Origin: a bacterium
Lineage (GTDB): Bacteria > Electryoneota > Electryoneia > Electryoneales > Electryoneaceae
DNA length: 64,000 nucleotides
NCBI GenBank assembly: GCA_963675295.2
Contig: CAXXKJ010000002.1
Span: forward strand, 3,488,001 to 3,552,000
Reading direction: 5' to 3'
Positions 10,646-19,590 of the stretch are shown one piece after another. Within the stretch, counting starts at the first letter, position 1. Every line of letters begins with the position of its first letter. A program made the translations under genes and the position numbers. The notes under the pieces are model-generated. The model ran no database searches. It saw nothing but the letters and a program-made list of their open reading frames with translations, and had not been told where the DNA came from.

Positions 10646-11299
10646 ATGATCCGTGCCATGCACTGCCTGCTCGCCCTTTTGCTCCTGCTGACGCCAGCCC
10701 TCTCATTGGCTGAAACCCACTCGCCGCTTGGCATCCGTGTCGAACGATCGCTGGAACAGACCGGCGACTCTGCGACAGCCGCAGTGGCAATCACTGTTGA
10801 AAACATCGAGGAACGACGGGCTGCTGTAGACGACCTGCCGACACGTCTGCGGTTGGCGTTGATGGTCGAACATGGGCGGTTGATCGAAGGTGTGGATCTG
10901 GACGAATCGTTGTCGGGGTATGAAGCCGGGCGGGAATTGAGCGCGGATGAGACCCGGTTTCACTGGTTTTTGCTGCCGATTGCGATGACAGTGCCGCTGT
11001 ACCTGTACTGGACGGGAAACCCGTACGCGCTGGCCCTGGGGGCTCTATTCACCCCGATTGCGTTGGTGACGGTGTTCATCACCAGTGCGAAGACACCGTT
11101 GCCGGATCTGCCGGAAAGCTTTCAGAACTCATTGCTGGACCGGTCACCCGACTTTACCGACGGTGCACAGATCGGATTCTCCATCTCGATGAAAAACCGG
11201 CGCATGAACCTGGTGTTGCTGGGGACACTGACCGGCGCGGCACTGTTCGGGCTCGCCCTGGGTACATTGGACGAGCCCGAATTCGGCGAACAAGACTAG
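10646..11299 (+). CDS. Hypothetical exported membrane protein (paralog of 41196-41801)
   Basis: Signal peptide and 3 hydrophobic segments; GGGGGA RBS before ATG 10646. Confidence 0.65.
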   Translation: MIRAMHCLLALLLLLTPALSLAETHSPLGIRVERSLEQTGDSATAAVAITVENIEERRAAVDDLPTRLRLALMVEHGRLIEGVDLDESLSGYEAGRELSADETRFHWFLLPIAMTVPLYLYWTGNPYALALGALFTPIALVTVFITSAKTPLPDLPESFQNSLLDRSPDFTDGAQIGFSISMKNRRMNLVLLGTLTGAALFGLALGTLDEPEFGEQD

Positions 11300-11314
11300 C
11301 CTGTGACAGCCGGG

Positions 11315-11941
11315 TCAGTCCTTCCCAGGCTCGAAGCGTTCGGTGTGGACGATGTCGTCATAGCCCAGCCGTTTGACACGATCCGGTGGCGGAGTCTTCT
11401 CATAGCCGACGGTCAGCAGCATCACCGGCATGTAATTCTCCGGAATCTCGAACGCCTCGATCACCTCCGGCGGACGAAAGCCGATGATCGCGGCGGTGTC
11501 GAGCCCGCGTTCCTTCGCGGCGAGCATCATCATCCCGATCATGATCGACGTCGAACGGATCGCCTCATCGCGCTGTACAACCGGATTCAGGCCGTAGAAC
11601 TTGCCGGATACGACGCGCAGGTGCTTGTCATCCGGGTAGTAGCCTTTCTCGATCCAGTCAGGGATGAAGCGGTCGACGTCGGTGTGGGCGTCAATCTTGC
11701 CGAGCACGATCAGCACGGCGGATGCGTCCTTGATGTGCTTCTGGTTCAGCGACGCGTCGTGCAGCTTCGCCTTGCCCTCCTCAGAACGCACGACGATAAA
11801 CCGCCAGTGGTTGAGGTTGAATGATGAGGGCGCGAGGGTCGATACCTCGATCAGCTCGCGGAGTTGTTCGTCGCTGACATGCTTGTCGGGATCGTACGAA
11901 TGCACGGACCGGCGTGCGGTGATGGCTTCGGAAACGGTCAT
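11315..11941 (-). CDS. Nitroreductase family protein
   Basis: ARRSVHSY, APSSFNLNHWRF, VMLLTVGY. Confidence 0.92.
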   Translation of the reverse strand: MTVSEAITARRSVHSYDPDKHVSDEQLRELIEVSTLAPSSFNLNHWRFIVVRSEEGKAKLHDASLNQKHIKDASAVLIVLGKIDAHTDVDRFIPDWIEKGYYPDDKHLRVVSGKFYGLNPVVQRDEAIRSTSIMIGMMMLAAKERGLDTAAIIGFRPPEVIEAFEIPENYMPVMLLTVGYEKTPPPDRVKRLGYDDIVHTERFEPGKD

Positions 11942-12064
11942 CGGTCGTGGAACTCCTGGTGGTTCAACGGATTGTGTTTGTTTGGGTCAACTAACTGATA
12001 GACTGGCAAACGTAGGGCCGGTTTCGGGGATGGGCAACTACGACTCATGTCTCTCGTGGTTGAA

Positions 12065-12985
12065 TCAAGCCCGGTGGATGGATTTCCAGATGCGGCCCGC
12101 AAGGCCGGTGGAGATGGCGACGCCGATGACGGTGATGGTTCCGCCGAGCAGCAGGGGCAAGTCGAGCGGCTCGTCCAGCATGAAGTAGCTTCCCAGCGCG
12201 GCGATCAGCGGCACGAGGTAAATGAACATGGCGGCGGTTGATGCTTCCACACGTTTCAGGACGTACCCCCACATCACGAATCCGTACACGGTGCAGCCGA
12301 GCGAGAGGAACATCAGCGCCCAGAAGAGGTCACTGGACATGGTGGAGACGACCTGCATCAGTTCCGGTCCGATGAAGAACACCAGCGGCAGGCTGCCAGC
12401 GGTGATCGCGGAAACGGTCGATCCGACCGCGCCCAGTCTCGGGGCGGTGTTGCGGATGACGGAGGTGTAGAGTCCGATGCTGAGCGGCGCGCCGAGGGTG
12501 ATCACCATGCCGAGCAGGTTTTGTGCGCGCAGTTCCGGGGTGCCGTATCGGGCGAAGACGACGAACACCAGTCCGGCCAGCGCGAGAACGAGTCCGATCC
12601 AGGTGCGCGGGCGTGGGCGTTCACGCAGGAACAGCATCGCGACGATGGTGATCATCGCGGGATTCAGCGCAATCACGAGGGCGCCGAGTGACGCCGGAAG
12701 CATGGAAAGGCCGGTGTTGAGCGAGAGGTTGTAGAGGCTGACCATGAACAGACCGGCGATCAGCAGTTCGAGGGTCATGCGGCGCGTGAGGCGAAGCTGG
12801 CCCCGGACGGCTTTAACCAGTAGCATGACGGCGAATACGGCGGCGGCGGGGATGTAGCGCAGCAGCACCATCTGCCATGGTGATGCTTCCCGCAGTCCGA
12901 CTTCGATTGCGATAAACGACAAACCCCACAGCACCATCACGCTCAGGGCGATCAATGCTGTGGGGATGCTCAGTCCGGATTTCAA
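12065..12985 (-). CDS. DMT/EamA family transporter
   Basis: About 10 TM segments, two EamA halves, LWGLSF motif. Confidence 0.9.
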   Translation of the reverse strand: MKSGLSIPTALIALSVMVLWGLSFIAIEVGLREASPWQMVLLRYIPAAAVFAVMLLVKAVRGQLRLTRRMTLELLIAGLFMVSLYNLSLNTGLSMLPASLGALVIALNPAMITIVAMLFLRERPRPRTWIGLVLALAGLVFVVFARYGTPELRAQNLLGMVITLGAPLSIGLYTSVIRNTAPRLGAVGSTVSAITAGSLPLVFFIGPELMQVVSTMSSDLFWALMFLSLGCTVYGFVMWGYVLKRVEASTAAMFIYLVPLIAALGSYFMLDEPLDLPLLLGGTITVIGVAISTGLAGRIWKSIHRA

Positions 12986-12990
12986 GGCTG

Positions 12991-13317
12991 TTAGTTCAAG
13001 TTGCGGTCAACGAACATGGACAGGTGCTGCTTCGGCACAGCGCCCACCACGCGGTCCGCTTCCTGGCCGTTCTTGAACAGAATCAGCGTCGGGATGCCAC
13101 GGATGCCGAGGGCGTTCGCGTGCATCGGGTTCTCATCGGTGTTGACCTTGGCGACCTTGATCTTGCCTTCGTAGTCACCGGCGATTTCTTCCACGATCGG
13201 GCCGACGATACGGCACGGCGCACACCACGGCGCCCAGAAGTCCACCAGTACGGGGACGTCAGACTGCAAGACTTCCTGTTCGAATGTCGCGTCAGAAACG
13301 TGCGTCGGTTCTGCCAT
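12991..13317 (-). CDS. trxA: Thioredoxin
   Basis: [16 protein letters not shown]. Confidence 0.95.
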   Translation of the reverse strand: MAEPTHVSDATFEQEVLQSDVPVLVDFWAPWCAPCRIVGPIVEEIAGDYEGKIKVAKVNTDENPMHANALGIRGIPTLILFKNGQEADRVVGAVPKQHLSMFVDRNLN

Positions 13318-13566
13318 CTTGACTGCTCCTTCTCTTCCTTCGCGAATGCAAACGTCGCGAATTGTTTATGTATTCAGTGTTGCGAATCTACTTACGGGTT
13401 TGTGAGCGGCAAAGGGCTCAGAGACAAACACTGTCACTGTTCGAGCGCTCCACGATCGTTGACGCTGCTTCCTATCTGCAGCGAATCGTCTACCAGGTGC
13501 GCTCATCTCGTTGGATGCACGACGGAAAAAAGGTTGCAACGGGGGACTCCGGGACGGAGCTCCGGG

Positions 13567-15342
13567 TCAGCGTATCAGCTCGTGGATGGTCATGTTGCCC
13601 TTTGCGAACACGGGCTGCAGCGATTCCAGCGCGCTGGAGTCGAGATCCGCTTCGGCGAGCTCAACCGGAATTTCCCGGTTGCGATCATGGATGAAGAACA
13701 CGCGTCCAGTGGGGGTTTCGTCCCGGCTGTACAGCACCTGGCGGCCGTCCCCGTAGCGATCGAGATAGAAGCCGATCACCGGGAAGCTCATGTTCCAGCG
13801 CACGAAATCGTCCGGTTCGAGGTTGGTGTTGAACCACTCCGCCGCCGCGATCATGCCGGTCTCGTAGGTCTGGCGGTGGTTCAGCGTGCGGGCGTAGTTG
13901 CCGATTTCCGCCACGGTCATGTTGAGCAGCAGCAGGATGCCGACCAGGACACCGCCGACACGCAGCAGTCGCGGAGAGGGGATCAGCTTCGTCAGCAACA
14001 GGCTGAATCCGGAGGCCGCCGCGATGGCGAGGAACGGCACCACCCAGGTCCAGACCCGGGTAAACGGGTGCACCTGCTGGATCACGACCAGCGCCAAGGT
14101 GACCACAACCAGCGGCACGATGAATGGCCACGGTTTCTTCTTCCACGGATGCAGGACCAGGCTGACGAGGATCGAAACGGCAAGAACGAGCTGCAACCAC
14201 AGCGGCAATGTGCCGGCGAGGTAGTCGTGGAAGCCGGATATCCATTCCGGCATCTGGGTGCGCCACTGGGCGGAGGTGATCGCGACGACATACTGGTTCG
14301 CGTACACCGATTCCGGCCCGGAGACGACGAACACCGGCAGGTACAGCAGCAGCGTCAACGCCACCGCGACCCAGCCGTAGATCGCGAGGTACTTGAACCG
14401 CACCTTGAGCGGGTGACCGTTGGTGAACAGCAGCCACACCCAGAGGAACGCGACGGGATACACTCCGGTGGGGATGGTGTGCACGCTGAGCGCGGCGAGC
14501 AGGGCGAACATCAGCCACGCCGCCCGGTTGCGGGAATGGATCAGCGTGAAGGCGAGCAGCGCCATCAGCAACACGAGCAGCAACTGCAACGAATAACCGC
14601 GGCCCTGCGTCGAGTAGCGGATCATCCAGTGGCTGGCGGTGACCAGCGTCGCCGCGAAGAGGCCGGTCTGGATGTTGAGCACCCGTCGTCCGAGCAGGTA
14701 TGTCAGGGGGATCGTCAGCACGCCGAAGATCAGCGCGGGCAGGCGTACCGCCCACGCGGACGCGCCGAACAGTTCGATTGTGCCGTGCATGAACACGTTG
14801 TACAGGATGTGGTTGTTCGGCGCCTGGTAGTAGCTGAGGATGACATACAGCGGCCGTGAGGCGAAGAACAGGTAGCTGTAAGATTCGTCGTACTCGAGGC
14901 CGTCATTGAAGTACAGCATTCGCAGCACGACCCCAGCGAGGGTCAATCCGATCAGCGCCAGTTGCTGCCAGAGAGAGAGTTCGGCCCACGCCGCGCGTGC
15001 CGCCTGCCCCAGCGACCGCACGTAGATGCGCAGATCCTCGCCGAACCGGTCCAGCCCAAGCGCAAACCGCCGGCGGAACACGATCAACGCGGTCGTCAGC
15101 AGGCTGAGGATCGCGAGGCCGTATGCCAACTTGTGCTGCAGGTTGGCGTGAAACGCGGGCGTGAAGAATTCGACTTCGTCATCCGAGACCGCGTCCGCCT
15201 GCGCTTTCAGGGTTTCATACGGGACCAGCGCGACGGTCAACCCGGCCGCGATGATCAGCAGCAGCACGATGAAGGTGGTCGCGAGCAGGGTTCGGGCGGT
15301 TCGCGACGCGGGCAGGCGAATGTCGTCGTTGTCGGTGGCCAT
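13567..15342 (-). CDS. GT-C fold membrane glycosyltransferase (ArnT/PMT, GT39-like)
   Basis: Multi-TM; DE motif (YDESY), PNNHILY, WAVRLP, STQGRGY. Confidence 0.85.
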   Translation of the reverse strand: MATDNDDIRLPASRTARTLLATTFIVLLLIIAAGLTVALVPYETLKAQADAVSDDEVEFFTPAFHANLQHKLAYGLAILSLLTTALIVFRRRFALGLDRFGEDLRIYVRSLGQAARAAWAELSLWQQLALIGLTLAGVVLRMLYFNDGLEYDESYSYLFFASRPLYVILSYYQAPNNHILYNVFMHGTIELFGASAWAVRLPALIFGVLTIPLTYLLGRRVLNIQTGLFAATLVTASHWMIRYSTQGRGYSLQLLLVLLMALLAFTLIHSRNRAAWLMFALLAALSVHTIPTGVYPVAFLWVWLLFTNGHPLKVRFKYLAIYGWVAVALTLLLYLPVFVVSGPESVYANQYVVAITSAQWRTQMPEWISGFHDYLAGTLPLWLQLVLAVSILVSLVLHPWKKKPWPFIVPLVVVTLALVVIQQVHPFTRVWTWVVPFLAIAAASGFSLLLTKLIPSPRLLRVGGVLVGILLLLNMTVAEIGNYARTLNHRQTYETGMIAAAEWFNTNLEPDDFVRWNMSFPVIGFYLDRYGDGRQVLYSRDETPTGRVFFIHDRNREIPVELAEADLDSSALESLQPVFAKGNMTIHELIR

Positions 15343-15349
15343 GGTCGGC

Positions 15350-16048
15350 TCAGCGCATCAGGTTGTATTTGAGGATGCAGTACAGGTGCCGGAACGCGTC
15401 CTTGAAGCGGATTTTCTTCCCCTCCTGGTACGTGCGGCCATAATAGGAGATCGGGACTTCGTACACCCGCCAGCGCGAGGTAACAGTCTTTGCAGTCAAC
15501 TCCGGGTCGATGCCGAAGCCGTTCTCGTACAGTGTGATCGAGTCCAGCACCTCGCGGCGGAAGGCTTTGTAGCAGACGTTGATGTCGGTCAGGTTGACGT
15601 TCGTCAGCAAATTGCTGAGGAAGGTCAGCGCCTTGTTCGCGAGGTAATGCCAGTAATAGAGAACGCGGTGCGCGCCGATGGAGAGGAAGCGGCTGCCGTA
15701 GACAACGTCCGCGATGTCATCCTGGATAAGGTGGACGAGCCGTGGGATCTCGGCGGGATCGTACTCGAGGTCGGCGTCCTGGATGACGACGACATCGCCG
15801 GTGGCGTATTTGAAGCCAGTGCGCAAGGCGCCGCCCTTGCCCCGGTTCTGCGCGTGACGGATGAATTTGACCCGCTCATGCGCGGTTTCCAGCTCCCGTC
15901 CGATCCGTGGGCTGTCGTCACGCGAATGATCGTCCACCAGGATCACTTCCAGCTCGTCGAACCCGTAATCCACCGCAAGCACTCGGCGGACCAGTTCGCT
16001 GAGAGTCGCTGCTTCGTTGTAGATGGGAATGACGATGGACAGTTTCAT
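15350..16048 (-). CDS. GT2 polyprenol-phosphate glycosyltransferase
   Basis: LSIVIPIYNE, VDDHSRD, QDADLEYDP, VYGSRF. Confidence 0.92.
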   Translation of the reverse strand: MKLSIVIPIYNEAATLSELVRRVLAVDYGFDELEVILVDDHSRDDSPRIGRELETAHERVKFIRHAQNRGKGGALRTGFKYATGDVVVIQDADLEYDPAEIPRLVHLIQDDIADVVYGSRFLSIGAHRVLYYWHYLANKALTFLSNLLTNVNLTDINVCYKAFRREVLDSITLYENGFGIDPELTAKTVTSRWRVYEVPISYYGRTYQEGKKIRFKDAFRHLYCILKYNLMR

Positions 16049-16202
16049 TGCCGCTCCGTGTGCCGCGTGTCTCGTTCGTGTTGAAACTACACGCTGAGAT
16101 GCAGGAGGCAAGAGGGAATTGAGAGACGGGGGGCGAAGAGATTTAAATGGCTCAATGAGATTTGTGAGTCGATTTTCGCATTTCAGAGGTGCAGCAGAGA
16201 TC

Positions 16203-17528
16203 CTACTCTTTTTTTGTCGGATACGGCGATTCACCAACTAGCTCAATGCTGTAGGACCGAACGCCGATCAAACTGCTCAATGCAAGTTCAAGATCGACCA
16301 GCGACCTTCGACTCTCATCAGCGGAATGAATCAACTTAGAAATCCAGACCGTCATTGTCCTTTGACGCTTTAAATTGCCAAATCCCGGTTTGAGTACAAG
16401 GTCAACTATATTAAAATACTGCCGAAGTAAAACACGTGTCACGGCATAGATCTGACCCGGGACATCGATGGTAACAATTTCAAGGATTAGCTCTTCGAAT
16501 TTTCCTTCCGTACTGGACTTCGGAATCAGTTTCCGTACGGTTGTTGTAAGATCCCACTTTCGTTTATAAAGATTTAACATCTTTTTTTCTTCCTTATCCG
16601 GCTTGTACACTTCCATTTTAAAATCTGTCGGCTTATTTGTGTCTACCGAATCCTTACTAAACAACTTTGCCATAAATGCGGCCAGATCTAAATCAGATGG
16701 CGGGTTATATTTTGACTTGAAAGTAACATAGATCGATGCCATAGATGTATATATAGAGGAAGAATGAGATACATGCAAAATATTGATGTTATTTGAAAAG
16801 AAATACATAGATAGATAGTGTATTAGACCAATAAAGTCAGGCCCATTGTAACGAGCCACATGTATATTATTAAATTCAGTATGATCATCGTCAACATATT
16901 CTTTATATTTTTTGAAATCTATATCTATTCTGTCCATAATTTCCCTTCTTTTTCTTATTATCGTTAATTTTATAGCCTTATCTTTACTATAATAGACTAA
17001 CGGTTCTTTTTCATCTGTTGTTGCATCTTTAGCCATCAACCTACCAACCGTTTTAGCGTTTATAGTATTTTCAAATTCTTTTAGAATCCATTCAGGAAGG
17101 AAATCATTAAGGTACGGATGTTTTTTATCCTTATCCTCGAATTTCCACAACGATGAATCCGGAACTTTCCAGTAAATATTGACAACAGGCTCATCATAAG
17201 CACGATCGACATCGGTTTCAGAATAGTTGTATTTTTTGAAGGTTTTGTACTCGTATTGAATAGGTGTTTCGTTCGTATTATTGTACGGGATACTTCTTTC
17301 TCCCTCTGTCAGGTAGTACAGTAGCACGAGGCGATCCGCGTTTTTCAGCAGATTGTCCACCACATCCTTCAGTTTCGTTTTATTCTCATCTCTATCGTCA
17401 ATTTCTCTGGGATCGGCTTCGAAGAACAGGGGACGATACCCATTCATACACAGCATGTGGACTGTATCCTTCCGTTCCTGTAGGAGCTCAGATACTCGTG
17501 AACTAACGAACACACTGATCGGATCCAT
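16203..17528 (-). CDS. DUF4062 (TIR/NDT-like) domain plus two C-terminal ACT-like domains
   Basis: VFVSSRVSELLQER...TPIQYEY (DUF4062 pattern); GPDFIGLIHYLSMYFFSNNINI and TIDVPGQIYAVTRVLLRQYFNI (ACT pattern); AT-rich. Confidence 0.7.
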   Translation of the reverse strand: MDPISVFVSSRVSELLQERKDTVHMLCMNGYRPLFFEADPREIDDRDENKTKLKDVVDNLLKNADRLVLLYYLTEGERSIPYNNTNETPIQYEYKTFKKYNYSETDVDRAYDEPVVNIYWKVPDSSLWKFEDKDKKHPYLNDFLPEWILKEFENTINAKTVGRLMAKDATTDEKEPLVYYSKDKAIKLTIIRKRREIMDRIDIDFKKYKEYVDDDHTEFNNIHVARYNGPDFIGLIHYLSMYFFSNNINILHVSHSSSIYTSMASIYVTFKSKYNPPSDLDLAAFMAKLFSKDSVDTNKPTDFKMEVYKPDKEEKKMLNLYKRKWDLTTTVRKLIPKSSTEGKFEELILEIVTIDVPGQIYAVTRVLLRQYFNIVDLVLKPGFGNLKRQRTMTVWISKLIHSADESRRSLVDLELALSSLIGVRSYSIELVGESPYPTKKE

Positions 17529-17614
17529 CGTTATACTCCCTGATGAAAGACTGATAACATATCTCTAATGAATAATCAACACAAAGTAAATAGAAGGTTT
17601 AAAAGAAAATAAAC

Positions 17615-18140
17615 TACCCCGCAGCAAGCTACGGGGTATCGACTACTCACAGCTCAAGTCGACTTTGATGTAGCGGCTGGTAGTTAGCTTCTGTACCTTG
17701 GTTCATAACGTATTTTCTGATTGTATTTTCGTCACCGTGCGGACCTACGGTGGATATATAATAACCTTTTGTCCAAAATTCCCCACCCCAGAGCTGCTTT
17801 TTAACTTTGGGTTGTCGGATAAACATCTCTCGTGCTGTTATGCTCTTTATAGTTCGTACTAATTTTGTAGCACTCATGGTTGGCACGGATTGCACTAAGA
17901 AATGCACATGATCTCTATCTATTCCAATTTCTATAAATTCTATTTCATAACGTTTTTGGATTTCAAAGCAGATATCCTTTAATGTTAAATCTATCTCAGG
18001 TTCATCAAATACAACACGACGGTATTTCGCTACACATACAAGATGGTATAGCAATATCGATACGTTGTGTTGTTTTCGGATCAGCTCAGACATTCCACAA
18101 GAAACCAACTGCAGCTGGCCGAAGCAAGCTTCGGGGCATC
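17615..18140 (-). mobile_element. IS200/IS605-family element, tnpA only
   Basis: Y1 transposase flanked by related hairpins TACCCCGCAGCAAGCTACGGGGTA (17615-17638) and CCGAAGCAAGCTTCGG (18119-18134). Confidence 0.88.
17647..18093 (-). CDS. tnpA: IS200-family HUH (Y1) transposase
   Basis: YHLVCVAKYRR, DHVHFL (HUH), FWTKGYY, IRKYVMNQ. Confidence 0.95.
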   Translation of the reverse strand: MSELIRKQHNVSILLYHLVCVAKYRRVVFDEPEIDLTLKDICFEIQKRYEIEFIEIGIDRDHVHFLVQSVPTMSATKLVRTIKSITAREMFIRQPKVKKQLWGGEFWTKGYYISTVGPHGDENTIRKYVMNQGTEANYQPLHQSRLEL

Positions 18141-18451
18141 AACCGCACTGGAGTGAAATTCATATGCGCTTTCACAAATACCAGATGATGTTAGTCTATA
18201 AATAACAGATGTCTAGCACATAGTTTAGACTCTCCTAATAATATTGGCATGCAGTGAATGGCCATTCACAAGATAATTGGACCTGCAGCGAATATGGTTT
18301 TCTGAGGATCATAAATAGAAGTATATCCCCACAAGTCATGTAAAATATTCGGTATGGTCAGCCAATTCCTACCAGTCGAAGCTGCACAGAGTACCGGGGA
18401 CACTTAACGGAGTAAGTGTCCCCGGTTGCGGATAACAAATTGATTACGTGA

Positions 18452-19231
18452 TCAGCACTCGATGCCGTGAGCTTCGGCGACACCGGTAAGCAGGCCGTTG
18501 ATGGCGTCGAGGGCCTCGCTGGTGGCGGCGAGGACTTTTTGCGCCTCATCGGCAGATTCCCGACCCACGGACTGAAGTCCGTGGTAATTGCCATTGGATT
18601 CCACCTCCACGGACTGAAGTCCGTGGTAAGACTCTGCCGGATTCGACGTGACGCGTTCCAGCATCGCGCGTTCGGCGGCGGAATGTTCGACGTCCGCGAC
18701 GATATGCTCGGTGAAATACTCCCACGCGCGTTCGTCGGTGAACCCGTAGAACTCCTTCAGGCCGTCGATTTTCGACTGCGACACCGCCGGGATCTGGGAC
18801 TCGTAGGCATACAATGCGGCCAAACCTTCGGCGACGGAGCGGTTCGCGCAGATCTCCCGGAACGTGCGGATGGTGGCCTGAGTGTGCGAGTTGGCGGCGG
18901 TGGATTCGGCGTCCTGCGCAGTCATGCCCAGCCCCTCGGCAAACTGCAGCCACAGCTCGGGGTGGGTCGGGGCAGAACCCTCTTCGTCGTTGAGGTTCTC
19001 GGTCAGGTGGCGGCGGACGTCGAGGTCCTCGGTGTGGGCGTGCAACGCGCTGATGTAGGTCGGGAACGCCTTGACGTGCTGGTAGTACTGGCCGGCATAG
19101 TCGCGGAGGGCGTCGAGGCTGAGTTCGCCGGCGGTCCACGCCTGGTAGAACGGGTGCTTGAGCAGGTGCTTGGCCTGAATCAGGTCGTCGATCCGGTCAA
19201 TCAAACGGGTCGCTTCGAGGGTTGCGGGCAT
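18452..19231 (-). CDS. CADD/PqqC/TenA-like heme-oxygenase-fold di-iron protein
   Basis: HLLKHPFYQAW, NLNDEEG, HPELW, YAYESQ, YFTEHIVADVEH. Confidence 0.88.
   Translation of the reverse strand: MPATLEATRLIDRIDDLIQAKHLLKHPFYQAWTAGELSLDALRDYAGQYYQHVKAFPTYISALHAHTEDLDVRRHLTENLNDEEGSAPTHPELWLQFAEGLGMTAQDAESTAANSHTQATIRTFREICANRSVAEGLAALYAYESQIPAVSQSKIDGLKEFYGFTDERAWEYFTEHIVADVEHSAAERAMLERVTSNPAESYHGLQSVEVESNGNYHGLQSVGRESADEAQKVLAATSEALDAINGLLTGVAEAHGIEC
18565..18629. repeat. Two identical REP-like palindromes inside the CADD gene
   Basis: CCACGGACTGAAGTCCGTGGTAA at 18565 and 18607 (42-bp spacing, 9-bp perfect stem). Confidence 0.85.
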
Positions 19232-19420
19232 GGCGGTTCCTCAATCGGTTGTGTAGTCTCTGGCTGGAGTTTGGTTCTCCTAACACAGGGAAGGTACACG
19301 GCGGAGAGGGTTGTTGCAACGCTTGCCGTTTCCTCCGCCTCAGCCTACCTTTCGGCGGTCGGTGGGCTATGGGCTATGGGCTGTGGGCAATGGGCTACCG
19401 GCTATAGGCTATTGGCTCAT

Positions 19421-19515
19421 GTGTCATTCTGACGATTGCGAAACGATCGGAAGAATCTCCAGCTCTGATTCAGGTTGGATGAGTTGGAGATCCTTCACTT
19501 CGTTCAGGATGACAC
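19421..19515. repeat. Long palindromic REP/MITE-like element between heptamer arrays
   Basis: GTGTCATTCTGA...TCAGGATGACAC termini and inner GAAGAATCTCCAGCTC/GAGTTGGAGATCCTTC; half copies at 3403-3430 and 55251-55289. Confidence 0.75.
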
Positions 19516-19590
19516 CCCTTTGCCTCTGCACACGGTACACGGTACTTCAGGACTCAAGACTCAGAACTCATGACTCAGGACTTTCCTTCG

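Noticed and set aside
17621-17630. Shared GC-AA-GC hairpin tip between IS200 ends and the REP hairpins, suggesting this TnpA mobilises them
   Set aside because: The match is only 6 bp of a commonly stable loop, and the stems and feet are unrelated.
18140-18450. tnpB or a second gene in the IS200 element
   Set aside because: No suitable ORF; AT-rich non-coding sequence only.
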